The notes under the pieces were generated by a model that saw only the letters and a list, made by a program, of their open reading frames with translations, was not told the origin of the DNA and did not search any database. Shown here piece after piece: positions 34,601 to 45,800 of a DNA stretch of 64,000 nt; within the stretch, counting starts at the first letter, position 1, and every line of letters begins with the position of its first letter. Both the position numbers and the translations under genes were made by a program. Source of the DNA: Monocercomonoides exilis PA203 (lineage: Eukaryota; Protista; Preaxostyla); assembly GCA_001643675.2 (NCBI GenBank), contig LSRY02000013.1, positions 1,364,001 to 1,428,000 of the forward strand. The letters run 5' to 3'.

Positions 34601-36409
34601 AACTGTTGAACTCAAATCACTTTGGCCATATATTGTGAAAGTGTTAATTCCACAATCCACTTTCTTAGTTTCTGTGATCGTTCCTGTAAGTATCTCAATA
34701 TCTGTGACAATATCAGGAATAAGCTGAGTCAAGCAATGCCTGATAGTTCCACAAGGATGAATTTCATTCAACCCACATGCATATGTATCAATTGCATTAG
34801 GTTGCGTTTCGGTGGATGAAACAAATCTCATTATTCCAAAATTGTTTCGAAGCCATTCACTTTTATCAACAATTTTTGTATAATCTGTACTGACTCTATT
34901 TGTTGTATTCCTTGTTGAATAGCAGGTTGAATCAATGTTGTTTGATGTCGAATTATAAAGAACAACATCATGACCTCCTTTCACACATGAATTATTGTGA
35001 AAAAAGCAAAAATAAAACAATGTTCCATTATTGTTACTATTAATAAAAATACCAACAGCACCTCCTCCATTCATTGAATTGCAATTACAGAACAGACAAT
35101 TTGAAATGACAACTTTGTCCGTTGGATTCCAATGTTCAACAGCACCTCCCGTGGATGAGGTTGAAAGATTTGCTTTGCACGAAACAAACAAAGAATTAAT
35201 AACACATTCTTTCTGTCTTTGAGTTTTTGTTGGACAAAGAACAATTGCCCCTCCATCGTCGCCTGATGAGCAACTTTGAAAGAAGCAATCATCAACCAAT
35301 GATTGCACATACACATACTCTGTCATAACTCCTCCACCTCCGGTAAATGTGGTTCCTGCTGCTGAACATTGGACGAACATCGAATGGAGCACATTGCATT
35401 CAGCGATTTTCAATGCATATATTCCTCCACCTCTTGTGGATGAAGCATTGCATCGAGTAAATGACGAATTTTCAACTCGAAGGATGGTTTTTTCATTGTC
35501 ATGCACATAAAGAGCACCTCCTTGTGGGGATGTGCAATCAATCCATTCGCATAATGAAAATGATTGACTTGCTGTTGAATTAATTTGTCCTTTTCTCTTC
35601 AGAGCATTTGCTTCTCTTTTTCCGTTGCATATTGATGTGTTTTTGCAAACAAATTTCTCTGAAGAAAAGGATCCACTTGAAATACCACCTTCAAATACAT
35701 TAACAGAAGAATGAATGAGGCAGTTCTCTATTGAACTCGAGTAACATGAATGGGATATTTGGTAATCACTGTGATTGTCCAATTTCACTGACATATTCCT
35801 GAAGGCACAATGATCAATCTGCTCTCTTTTGCTCTTTCCAGACAGCAGGAAATAGTCTGATGATGAAACAGCCAGATCTGCAACGATGGAATTTCTCAAA
35901 ATAACAGAATTTGAATCATCAGATGAAAATATGAGGCTGGAAGGGCAAAGATTCTTTTGGGGGATCAAACTCATATTTGTGAAACAGATTGACCCATTTT
36001 GCAAAAGAAACGGAGATTCCGATTTTTGGTGGGAAATGCAGGAATCCATTGTTAGAGTTGAATTGTCTGTTATTAGCACACATGTTGAAGAAGAATGTTC
36101 AATTGCCACATTTTTCAGTCCAACTGTAGAATTGTGCAATCCCAAAATAGTGTTTTTCACTGTAGAAAGTCCTGACTGGAATCTTTTCACTTCCGACAAT
36201 GCATTCCGCTCAGATAAGTAATTAACATCAGCCTCTGACAGATGTTGTGCATCATTAGAATAACCTGAACCCAAATAAAGAGAATTATTGAAAAAATAAC
36301 AGTTCAAAAGAATACCTTTGTTTTGAAGTGTGGCACTTCCAGAGACATCTTGTGCTTCAAATGTCTTCCCAAGAATCAAGCATGCACAAAGGAGCAAAAG
36401 CATTCTCAT
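28622..36409 (-). CDS. 2595-aa type I membrane protein: signal peptide, pectin-lyase-like beta-helix ectodomain, TM helix, degenerate kinase-like tail
   Basis: Intronless ORF. N-terminal MRMLLLLCACLILG, many F..C...GG(A/G)I and CG....PC repeats, TM YWLLIVIILVVLFLIVLIVSVILAV, then RWKAPELL, VFSIGMMLWECLTLQIPF, RPT. Confidence 0.9.
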   Translation of the reverse strand: MRMLLLLCACLILGKTFEAQDVSGSATLQNKGILLNCYFFNNSLYLGSGYSNDAQHLSEADVNYLSERNALSEVKRFQSGLSTVKNTILGLHNSTVGLKNVAIEHSSSTCVLITDNSTLTMDSCISHQKSESPFLLQNGSICFTNMSLIPQKNLCPSSLIFSSDDSNSVILRNSIVADLAVSSSDYFLLSGKSKREQIDHCAFRNMSVKLDNHSDYQISHSCYSSSIENCLIHSSVNVFEGGISSGSFSSEKFVCKNTSICNGKREANALKRKGQINSTASQSFSLCEWIDCTSPQGGALYVHDNEKTILRVENSSFTRCNASSTRGGGIYALKIAECNVLHSMFVQCSAAGTTFTGGGGVMTEYVYVQSLVDDCFFQSCSSGDDGGAIVLCPTKTQRQKECVINSLFVSCKANLSTSSTGGAVEHWNPTDKVVISNCLFCNCNSMNGGGAVGIFINSNNNGTLFYFCFFHNNSCVKGGHDVVLYNSTSNNIDSTCYSTRNTTNRVSTDYTKIVDKSEWLRNNFGIMRFVSSTETQPNAIDTYACGLNEIHPCGTIRHCLTQLIPDIVTDIEILTGTITETKKVDCGINTFTIYGQSDLSSTVQIEFEASGLSLFSVSVGTLTVRDIILVHDSVHQNNRGSRLFEITGAGEMHVSRLNISAGSGQSSETVFTTELINVQSGMLQMENVNWAKTISTNSLISLSSTNEISLTLSECTFDGIERTTSGAAVMSFSNDKANIDLDSCIFEGCGSTCSENGGSMMLCAGEANEVKVEGGAFDECHCSTSNGLGGGILLRLIKENPNFLISSSFGTNTAKWGNDIFVISPNLEMTAKSKKILCVTASLDSFDKVRGYDNGNTSVTIPLCIYLLPTPEEIFVSNSEASDHTHCGIAQFPCLTIKHSLTRLTGTKKVVVSGMIQMSDELTFAGQKHEIRGNDNQSGWTVFDSNSISNSTMITASIETELSKLIFSLPPSLSSHSTFISSSSQLSLSHCSLSLQNPLSELAFLFLSVESGILIIDKFSASSIDLSGSPLISLSGSSTSTGSMSIKWLNMTNCTFSEIERAAGSGGCVSIDNGNDENSNGEINIEKCIFDECSVLDDESRGGAINAQLKGSIQMNVISCTFTECSAPIGEEGKTGFGGGMALKLIDDYSSFVISSPVFDLEKPNIAKYGNDLFVEAFNLTKSITNTSLPFVSENLDNISLNSMRGFDGSDTTNAIPLVYFWRTFGSEIFIGGDGKDVCICGLSDYPCLSIGYSLDRLPGGNEKNITIIGKGILQKSVDLSGISIKSDDTNKCSLECYSSLEGTDEAVMKIQGITNFELIDFAIPTSFENRMNVLMHVDSSEGLLTLKDCSFTKMEESGEEIINYRLIKADGGTVQLEFVTMQLLSFSKDVISVLSSTILNIKNLTMKNVELDGASGLSISKSSRREKNEVEQDVVIEWSSFEEVTQNTTNDIPVIQNDNDDEPLKMVIRNTTMKKCGGTRCGKGGVMFCVLNEGGRFDCSFCTISECFCSTTGRGGWLFLECISTVEQPLNFVLSNITFKDNSAFRGRDMYVRCHSIENQIVEEQFLLDFRAPFVKELAIWGCTTDSFLDEEDLLLRVMRYQSETIFVSSVADNHTDSKQCGEFSAPCQSMDVGVQHIIPSSYSQLLVSKETIINGECEAKDVIIRSLQSPSVASVHLSSTITDEGSLITTSENVRFERLKFNFGQSFCYSGSSIIHEANGQLSLSIVDFSSAGESNSIPSVALNSTFLSIANGILHVDNCSVSLLSFKKSAFLLNGDEINITNFRLEQIESTSNVFEIGQCKEVAFNWVVADEVELSEGCIIAIHGSNSGSVSITISLFNNCSRNSGGSSVLSVSSTSAQITLSNCTCTNCISLSDKGSVIQMSNSTNVFLELCRFVGVLEKERESDRINSFEEICKWSGSLVHSANSSLMMKDTTISNSPEGGITMSGGNVMIEKGELMNNNPSIEGYPSLRRNIICSDSGALNVMSLKGGDGVMPNSSLWILNDGCTLGGIAAEGSSSFFIPKLEEASLIENDSNIVVKFKGSLHLPCDLSFRLIFKTGDVELVETYQFDENSFVSEDEVIGTVPSENISTIANETEVSVMILFGKQLVATSPQILKNRSESNVNGDERISEGGKERKSYWLLIVIILVVLFLIVLIVSVILAVRWRKAKNENKELREIVNDTVRKDPKLIEMVTMEMSPEEQWRRAEGEAEKNNEERIKKRMNGKEMVHSESSEHLLAESGSTEYILGRDSDKIPEWALEKVEEEEEEIRKRTPSPSISSISSTSTTDSDSTFVRSENLCPTTSSMSNLVDAMACSSPHEKLIVDLRDSLFMLLHGRNEKKEMEISSLQQREQTAAQILFWVANLALHSFDGMENPLQSLANLSPHIVLFSEHMVICIVMHSDLLSDDSDSSSISSSTVVTSVSDDDDESDSLPSSAFEDEDSFKKECLRWKAPELLINKNMGATKKSVVFSIGMMLWECLTLQIPFGDYEADVAGQKIVNGERTDMTAVGGSSFCELIKLMVSEKQSARPTLSDLKREFIQKFPAGAVILTVSDAVTYQEGSQEKSKEEQSESLDSSEITFISSQNTPN

Positions 36410-39400
36410 GCGGAATGAAAGTCAATTTTGAGTTGAAAATTTTTATTTTTTTCCGGATGATCAAATCGAAATAAATAATGGTTTTAAACACAACGGAAAA
36501 TTGAAAAAATCTTTCTTTCAGCAAATCATTTTGTGTGCTTTTGAAATACATCTGGGGCGCATCCAAAGCATGTGGCTTTCTTTGGTTTTTGTCAGGCATG
36601 AATCGGTATTTGCTGATGCACATGAAATTCTTTCACTTCAAAAAATAAAATAAAATAAAAGGATAAAATTGAATGAAAGATTGAAAAAAACCTTTTCAAA
36701 AAGAAATTGCTGTCCAGCAAAGTTATAAAAAGGCGAAAATCTCTCATCAAAAAAAATGATATTAAAATCACCAGTTGAATGTGTTTTTTCTAATTGTCAA
36801 ATGAATCCTTTCCAATTGCTCAAAAATGATGAGTCTTTCTTCATCCACCTTCTCTTTCTTCCACTTGTCTGCTGCTCAACTGCTCTCCCTTCACAGCTTT
36901 CCTCCAACTTTCACATCATTTCATCGATCAATTCCTCTTCTTCTCTTCCCTCTTCTTCTGCTTCTTTGCTCCAAACATCCAAACAACCTCTTCTGCTTTA
37001 TTCGTCCCCTGCTTTCTTGCTCCTTCTCAATTTTGCATATTTATCCAATTGATGCAAACAACAAATGTTTGTTATTCAAAAATACTCATCTGCTTTTTTT
37101 TTCAAAGAAAAGATGCCTTTCAAGAAATCTTTTATTCCAATTAAAAACTACATGCAATGTGAACCTTCTTTAAAAAATTAAGGAAAGAAAGAAATTCCAA
37201 AAGATTGCAAACAAACATATAAAAGAATAAAATGTGTTGTAATTAAAACTCAAAAATATATTTTCCAAAATAAAAAATAAAAATAAAAAATAATTTCTTT
37301 CATTTCTCATATTTCACATTTCTTCAAATTTTAATCATTCAAAAAAAAATCAATATTAATCTGCAAACAAGAACAAACACAATTTGCCCTTCTTTGCCAG
37401 CTAAACATTCTCATTGCAAAATACCAATAACCCCATCCGCCTCTTCGTCCTTCCCAATCTCTTGTTCTTCGCTTTCCGTTCTGCATTGGTCCTGCTTCCA
37501 TCTCTTTCTTCTTCTCATCAACATCATCCTTTCACTTTCTTTTCAATTTTCTTCTTTTTCTTCTTCTTCTTTTCTCTCTTCCTTGTGCTCCAATGATGTT
37601 ATCTTTTCTTCCCAAGCAATTCCCATCAATACAAATTCTCGCCAAAGCCAGCGCTTTTCTGATATAATTGTGTGCATTTCAATTAATAATTGGTGCATCT
37701 TCAAAATATCTCGTGCTAAAATATCTAAAAATAGATGATGGATAATGAGAAAACCAATTGAATGGAATTTGCAAATAAACGATTTAAACCTCACAATGAA
37801 TGTCACTTGGTTGATGTTCAAGTGATGTTCAAAATATTGCTTTTCAATGTTAAAATGCAACCAATGCATTCTCGACAAACCCGATAAAGTTGCAATGAAA
37901 ATGGAAACATATTCAAAGAAGAATGCAAATCGGAATGGAATGGAATGTGGATTTGGAAATTTGATGAAATCAATGAAATCTTTTTGGCTTCACTTGGAAA
38001 GGCAAATGAAACACATTGACTATTGAAGAAAATGTTGGTGAAAATATGATGGAGTACGCAAAGGAATATTCTGTTGTTGAGCACGGTGTTTGTGGTGTTT
38101 TGTCAAAGGAATCAACATCTGCTTCGCTGTTGACAGTAGTTTTGCTCTGACTGTTCAAAAGGGGAATGCTGGCGGACTCTTCTTTTATGTGTTGCCTTTC
38201 TAATGAATTTTTTGTTTGATCTGGCTGTTGAACTGCACTGTCAAAATGAGGATTTGATAATGATCCTTCAGTTGAACAAGCCCTCGCTTTCAATTCTTTT
38301 GTTTCTGCATCTTCATCGCAAAAAAGAATGGAGTAGTTCTGGTCTTTTCTTTTTCGATGCTGCTCTCACAATAAGGTTTTATTTGGATTTTACAGTTATC
38401 AGAACATTTTTAATGGTTCGAAATAATGGTTATTTTTTATATTTTTTTTCAAACTTTGTTATCTAATTATTGCCAAGAACATCAATTGACTCAATTTTAT
38501 CTTCTCTTTCTCTTCTCCTAATCAAATGATCTGATTTTTTCTCCATCCTCTTTGTTCTTCCTTTTCCCAAAATTCTCCATTTTCTTTCCATCCCATTTCT
38601 TTTTATTGTGCATCTTCAGTTGCTTTCCTTCCACAAAATGATTTCACTTTTCTTCTTCTTCTTCTTCCTTTCTTCTGGCTTTCTCATCTTCTCCAACAAC
38701 ACAACGAGAAGTATTGTCTCATCATCACATTCATAACAAACTACCACTGGATATCCACACTTTCTTTCACACACAAAGTTCATCTGATTCTGCATGAACC
38801 GGTTGGCGAAAGAAGGAGGAAGATGAAGAGGAAGATGAAGAGATGTGTATTTTGCGTGTGAATCCCTTTTCGCTTCCGTGAACAAATCATCCGTTGCTTT
38901 CATGAGAGACATCACTCAGAAAAATAATTCGGTTAGTGGGCATGACAGAGCAGAAACATTCAGATGCCGAAATGTTGAACTGTTTGTTTTTCCCAATGGA
39001 TATGCATCTGGAAATGTACATGTGGACCGAACTCTTGGAATCAAAGCAATATGTTGCGAGTTGAAAAAGATACCTTGCAAGAACACACTCAACGATATGA
39101 GTCTTCTGAAGAAGGTGAAGATCATTAGGCTGATATTATCAGATGCGCTGATGAATAGTGAATATGTGTGCAAGTGAAGGCAGAGTCGATGAAAGTTGTG
39201 GAGATGGAACATAAGAAAGAAGAAATCTCCGAAAAAGAGCATTTGAGGACAAATCATAAGATATATGCTGTTCATTCAGCTGTTTTATTGAATTTTCCTT
39301 CAATTATGAATGTTCATCCAATTCATTCTCCTTCATCGATTCATCTTCTGTGACAAGTTGAAGGCTCGTAACATTGCCAAATCTGAAGAAAATCATTTCA

Positions 39401-39665
39401 GTCATTTATTTTGTCCAAGAATTGTTTTGATAACAAGTTCTTTAAATCTGTACCTCATTAATCTTCCACATGAAAAAAGTCAGGGTTGATCTCCATTCCT
39501 TGTTGCACGCCTTTTGATCAACTTTTTTCAATAAATGTTGAATTGTCACCATTCTCATGCATTTTCGTCTGAAATAATGTGATTGAAAGAATATTCGTTA
39601 TGTGTGGATGAAAAGAAATGAAAGAAAAAGAACATTGTTGAATTCGAGTGGAGTTGAATGAAGTG

Positions 39666-41870
39666 AAAAAAAAACACCAATTTTTGTTGTCTGTTGAAGG
39701 AGTTGAAGAAGATGTTGATAAATGAAATGAAATGAAATGGATGTGAACAGATGACATTTTTCCATCAGAATTGTGAATGAAAAATGAAATGAAGACCCAC
39801 CTATTAATTGATCTGCTCAAAGGAAGGAAAGCGAAAGAAACTATTTCTGGTTCATGTGGTGGAATTGTTGAATTGTTGGACAAAAATATATCAGAGGATT
39901 GATGATTAATTAAAGAAGTGACAGAAATTGACAAAAATGTTGAAGATGGAAAAATCAAAAAGAAAATGAAGGAAACGATGAGGAGGGGGAAGAAGAAGAA
40001 GAAGAAGAAAAATCTGAAAGAGAAATGAAAAGAAATGAGTTCGATGATGCTCCTCAGAAATAGCAAAACAACAAATGCGAACAAGAATCATCTGATGAAA
40101 ATGCATTCATTTTGAACAGATTCAAATTTCATCATAGCGCACAGCAACAACAGAAGGAAGATTTATTATGTGTTGCACCGTGAGACTTTGATGGCTATTC
40201 AAACAACAAATTCTCAAATACAAAGAAGGCCTTCTTTCCACCAGCTTTGTTAAAAAAACTATCGTTTATGAAGAAATCAAAAAAGAATGAGGCTGAAAAG
40301 AAACCATTTAATCCACAAAAATGCAACTTTCGATGAATTGTCTCCTGGGAATGACGTTCAAAATAAAAAATTCTGTTGGTTTAATGGAATAATAATTTTT
40401 TAAAATTACATAAAAAATAATTAGTTTTGCATTGATGAAAAAAATCCTTCAAAAGAACACACATGCTTTTCCTGTTACAAAAACAGAAGATTGTCCAATC
40501 ACTGATACTGTCAATCTCATTTTTCTTGTTTCCATGCTCCTTTTTCCGTCATCCTTTTTCACCCTAAAATATCATTCTTTCAATGTTTTCATTCACATTT
40601 TTTTCCTGAAAAATATATCTCCGAATTTCATTCTTTTCAAGAGCCTTCCAATTGTTGGAATATTTCTTTTCGCTCTCATTCAAATGCTTTGAAATCGAAT
40701 TTGTTTTTCTTCTCATCACCCAATTGAAAAAGGAAAATATGCAATTCCCATCTGCTGATTGTCTCTCAGCATCCAGCACTCTTCTGATGTTCCCCTCAGA
40801 AAGGCAAAGGATTGTTCATAAACATCATTTATCAGATTCTTGGACTCTGAGAAGGCCACAGATGGAAACATCTTCAAAATGAACAAGAACAATAATATAT
40901 GCAAACATGCAAATATTTTGATTTTTTGAAAATAGCTGAATTTCTTTCCAAGATGCTTTTCTTAACAATCATCTTGCCCAATTCCATCAACGATGTCCCT
41001 CCTTCGCTGTCTCGTCCCTTCAAGCAAATTATAACTGCCCATTTTGCAAAAAATTATTCATTCATCGATTTCTCATTCATCCTGTTGCAATTCTTGCACA
41101 AAATATTGCTTTTGATCAAAGCATCCATAACAACAATACTGAAAAGATATTGTGTTATTTCTCTTTGTTGCACCTTCTCAAAAATGCAAATGAAAAAAGA
41201 CACGGAATGGATAAATATTTTTTCGTTTCTATTTTGATAATTTATTTTTCACCAATTTCTTCCATCTGTTCATATGCAAATTCAATGTTAATGATAAAAA
41301 TGGTATTGTTTTTTTAATGCAATGGATTTTCAAAAATGCAGAAAACGAACAACACAAAAAAGTTCACAGGTCTTCAATTGCAGTTGCATTTGAATTTTTG
41401 ATTATCGTAATTTTATCTTTGTTTTTTTCATCAAAGAATTGCTTTCTGCGCTGGAACAGTGTGGCGAGGAAGATCAAAAGCAGAAAATTGAAGAATTGAA
41501 TGGAATGATTGATGAAATGGATGGAATTGAAATTCATCGGACTTTCACAAAAGAATTGTTCAACAAAATTGACAAAATGATTGAAGAAAAGAAAACATCT
41601 GTGGAAAATATCATAAGATTGTTAAAGCATGTTGGATTTTGCAAAGTTCTTTTGAACTTGCGGTGTTATGGCTTTTATTGTTCTTCACTGTCCATGAGAT
41701 TTGAGAAAATGATTGTTGAAAACGAGAAAAATGAAGAAAAGATCGAAAAGTTAATGGCAGATCTTTGCGAATGCTGTCTTTTGCTGAATGAGCAATTTTC
41801 TGAAAAATTGATGTTAATCAGCGTGACTTGTCTTCTGAAAGCCGTCTTTGACAAAGAAGAATGCATGGAG
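39666..41870. repeat. Copy A of a ~2.2-kb direct duplication
   Basis: Colinear, high-identity match to 46437-~48640; similarity weakens after ~41715. Confidence 0.92.
41336..41870 (+). pseudogene. Helical lineage-expanded family gene truncated by DIRS
   Basis: Exon 41336-41369, GT-AG intron 41370-41436, then LEQCGEEDQKQKIEEL...LLKHVGFCK...DLCECCLLL. Ends at the DIRS left terminus. Confidence 0.75.
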
Positions 41871-41976
41871 AATCAAAACGCAAGCATTTTGATTTGCAAG
41901 AAAACATTCATTCACTTTCTTCTCTTCGATCTGAGAGTATCACTTAAGGGTTAGTCACGGCGAATCTGATAAAAGA

Positions 41977-42819
41977 ATGCTCCCTAGCTCTCCACTCAGC
42001 ACTGGACCCGCGTTGAATTCTGCCACATCAATGATGTCAGATGGACCTCCGGGAGAGACGTTTTCGAGTGTGATTTCTCATTCCAGTTCTGAATTTGCCC
42101 AGCAGATCCCGGGAGCTTCAGAAGCGAAAATAAGCCATGGCGACGATTGTTTGCTGCTAGAAAATAGTTTTAAAACAATATTTCTCAGAGATCCGGACTG
42201 CAGCTTATATGATATGGATTTACCAGAAAGATATTTGGAAGATCTTATTACTGATTTGAAGGAAGATGATTTAAGTCCATTTCTGCCAAAGGCTCCTCCT
42301 ACAGCTTCGAGAACAGACAATTGGATGAACGACGCATTGGATAAGGCAGGTGAGCGAACTGAAGCATTTCTATATCCAGCCATTAAAATTCTGCTTTACA
42401 CACACGCGAAATTAAAAGAAAAAGATGACGAAAAAGGATCAATTGCAGATGCAATTTTATTAGTTTCAAAAGCGCTGAAGGAAGCAAGATCTGTAAGAAT
42501 TCAAGGAAGATTCGGCTTTAGGGCAGCTGCACAGATGAAGGAGAGCACAGCTTCCAGTCTTCTTACTCAAAGGCAATCAGAAGTTCTTGAAGAATGGAGA
42601 AAAACAGAGAAGAGTCAACAATTCAAGCTACAAACAACGAGCTGGCCTGTGAGAAGAAGTTCGATTAGAGCCAGAACAATTCCAACCAGAAGATCAGCTA
42701 GCCACAGATTTTTTCAAAGAGCTCCCCGGTTGTCAAGACAACAAAACCAAATCCGGCTGCGACCAAGTGCTTCAGGTTTCGCTTCAAGAAGACAATCAGG
42801 GGAGCGAAAATACCAATAG
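41977..42819 (+). CDS. DIRS gag-like ORF1
   Basis: 280-aa ORF directly after the left ITR, with an R-rich C-terminus containing an RFF motif. Confidence 0.7.
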   Translation: MLPSSPLSTGPALNSATSMMSDGPPGETFSSVISHSSSEFAQQIPGASEAKISHGDDCLLLENSFKTIFLRDPDCSLYDMDLPERYLEDLITDLKEDDLSPFLPKAPPTASRTDNWMNDALDKAGERTEAFLYPAIKILLYTHAKLKEKDDEKGSIADAILLVSKALKEARSVRIQGRFGFRAAAQMKESTASSLLTQRQSEVLEEWRKTEKSQQFKLQTTSWPVRRSSIRARTIPTRRSASHRFFQRAPRLSRQQNQIRLRPSASGFASRRQSGERKYQ

Positions 42820-45800
42820 AAGAAACGAACAGCATTCTACAGCCCGCAGAAGTCCGACAAGAGGCAATGGTTGGAGGAAGAACTTGTTTATTTCGAGAAG
42901 AATGGGAAAAAATTTGAGGGGCACGAATTATTGGGAAAGGAGTAATCCCTGTATGGAGGAGCAAAGCCGCGAAGGAATCACTCAAGAAAACAGGAGTATT
43001 CAACCCTTTGGAGCATCAGAGTCAAGAAGCCCAACAAGCCTTTTCAGAGATGATCAAGAAGGAACTGGAAACAAATATCATCAAGCCGATTCAGGAGAAG
43101 GATGTGAAGCATTTGAATCCAGTTTTTGTAATCAGAAAGAAAGACGGTGGCTGGAGGCAAATCGTGGATTGCCGAAGACTCAACAATGCTATCAAGACGA
43201 TTTATTACAAGCAAGAAGACCACAGAACAGTGGAGAAAATTATACAAGAAAAGGATTACGCAGTCACATTGGACTTGAGCCAAGCTTATTATCTTATAAA
43301 AGTCAGCGAAGAATTATCACCATTCCTTTCGTTCGTTTTCAAAGGAAAATATTACGCTTTCCACGGAATGCCTTTCGGATACAAAGATGCGCCTCGAACG
43401 TTCACAAAAGTGATGAGGAAAGTTCTAAAATACATGAGGGAGGAATGGAGTGTGAGAGCCATTGCATACCTGGACGATATTGTTCTTCTTCATCAAGACC
43501 CGCAGGAACTCAATATTATTGTGGAGAAAACTCTTTCGATGTTCAACAAATTGGGACTGTTGCTCAATTCGGAAAAATGTCATTTAATTCCAAGTCAGCA
43601 GTTCAAATTTTTGGGCTTCCAATGGGATACCAATCAGTTTGTGGTACAGATAGAGGAATCGAAGAAAACCGAGCTGATGAAAGAGTGCAAGAAATGGAGG
43701 AGGATTGCCCAGAACAACAGAGTTGTTTCGATAAAGAAGTTTGCCTCGTTGATAGGGAAACTGAACGCAACAAGATTCGTGTATCAAGAAGCCTCCCTGA
43801 ATTTGTCACAACTGTACAAACTCCTAAACAAAGCTTTGAGTCTGAATGGATGGCAAGGAAAAATGCGCGTGAATGCATCGATAACAAATTGCCTCATGAA
43901 GTGGAGCGAAAGGCTGAAAGAGAATCAATCAAGGAGATTGAATCCAGTGTTTCGACCGGAAGCAGTTCTTACAACAGATGCATCAGGGTTTGCCATAGGC
44001 GCAACACTAAAAGTCAACAATCAAATGCTGGACTTTTACAAACTTCTTCCTCCTCCAGTCAGAAACCAAAGTTCAAATTACAGAGAGCTATTCGCTATCA
44101 ATCAAGCCATCGCGCATTTCTCAAATTCCATTCAAAATCAAGAAATAAGAAATCTACTTATTCGATCAGACAACACAACAGCAGTTTACAATCTGAATCG
44201 ATGGGGAGCCGGTCCGAATCTCAGAACCCTTCTGAAGAAAATATGGAATCAAACCCAAGCGCTGAAAGTAGTTGTGAAAGCTCAACATATTCCCGGAGAG
44301 AGAAACGTCAGAGCAGATGGCCTATCGAGATTGGCAAAAGGAGGAGATTACGAAGTCGAACAAGAAGCACTCGAAGAGATCACCAATCAGCTTCAGATGC
44401 ACATCACACTCGATGCGTTCGCAACAAAAGAAAACACAAAATCAACGAGATGGTGCGGACCAGGAAGCAATTTAAGTCAAGACGGGTTACAAATTTCTTG
44501 GAAAAACGAGACAGTTCTTGCGCATCCACCGGTTCCTTTGATTCCAGCAGTGATCCGAAAAGCAGCGATGGAGAAAGCTCGAGTTCTTCTTCTTCTTCCA
44601 GATTGGAAAGGTCAGATATGGGAACCTCTACTGAACAACACAAATCACATCTCTTGGACATGGAGGAGAACGGAGGAGATAATAAGGGAAGGAAGATGGA
44701 TGAAGCAAATGAATGCTACGCTTCCACCAGGAAGACTGAGGATATGCCTAATCAATCCATAACCGAAAAGGGAGAATCGTGGTGGAACGAGATTTTGGCA
44801 TCAAGAAGCATGTCACGTGAACTGGCCGAAGAGTGCAAAAACAGCGTCGCTAGTGCAACATGGATGGGATACACTTATGGTTTCGCACATTTCAAAGACA
44901 AATGGGATCAGTTGAAATTCAAAGACATACCTTCTAAATTTCAGATTTGGCAAAAAAGATGCTTGGATGTGTTTGTCGCCTTGAAAAACAACGGAATGAA
45001 AGCTTCTTCATTGAGAATTGTCAGATCTGCCATTTCCTTTCTAACATCAGTATTATACGGAAAATCACTTGGGGAGAACACCTTGATTTCAATCCTGTTT
45101 AGATCATTCAGGAGATCGGAATGCAGAAAGAAAAAGAGACAAGATGATATGTGGAACCCTCAACAACTCTTCACGCATATAGAAACTATTGGAAAGAACG
45201 AAAATTTGTCATTCTCGCAGCTAACAAGGAAAACAATTTGTTTGTGTATGATGTTCTCTGCGTGCCGCTTTACAGAACTGGAAAGAATCAATCTCAAGGA
45301 ATCAGAAATAGATAAGCAATCAATTAACCTGAATACATCACTAAAAACTGGACTTGAAAAAAGCAACATTGTCATCCCATTCCTCGACAAGGAAAGTTTG
45401 ATATGTCCAGCAACAGCCGTTAAAGATTTATGGGATCGTGTAAAAATTCACAATCCAGCTTCTTATAAACTATTTCTGAGTTCTTCAACATATGATCCAA
45501 TGAATGCCCGAGCAATTCGAAAAGCAGCCAGTGAAATGATGAAAGATGCAAGAATCCCTTCGAACTACAGCCCATACACCTTGAAACATGCTTCAATATC
45601 AGCCTTAACAATGGCAGGAACTCCAGTCGAACAGGTGGCAAAATTCGCAAGATTATCCCCCAGTAGCAACACAGTGATTAAACATTATTTCAAATCTAAC
45701 ATATCAAACAAGATGGCCCAGATTATTTCGTCGAATCAGGAGACAAAGAAAGCAATTCAACAGCCTTCCACAATTCCCCCATCCATATCCACACCAGACG

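Noticed and set aside
28722-36221. Numerous + strand ORFs
   Set aside because: Antisense shadows of the 2595-aa gene with no independent motifs. The same applies to 16486-18042 and 11237-12158.
36750-39660. Short coding-like ORFs (also 26560-28330 and 52180-53860)
   Set aside because: Fragmented by stops with no recognisable motifs. Probably decayed genes, but not assignable.
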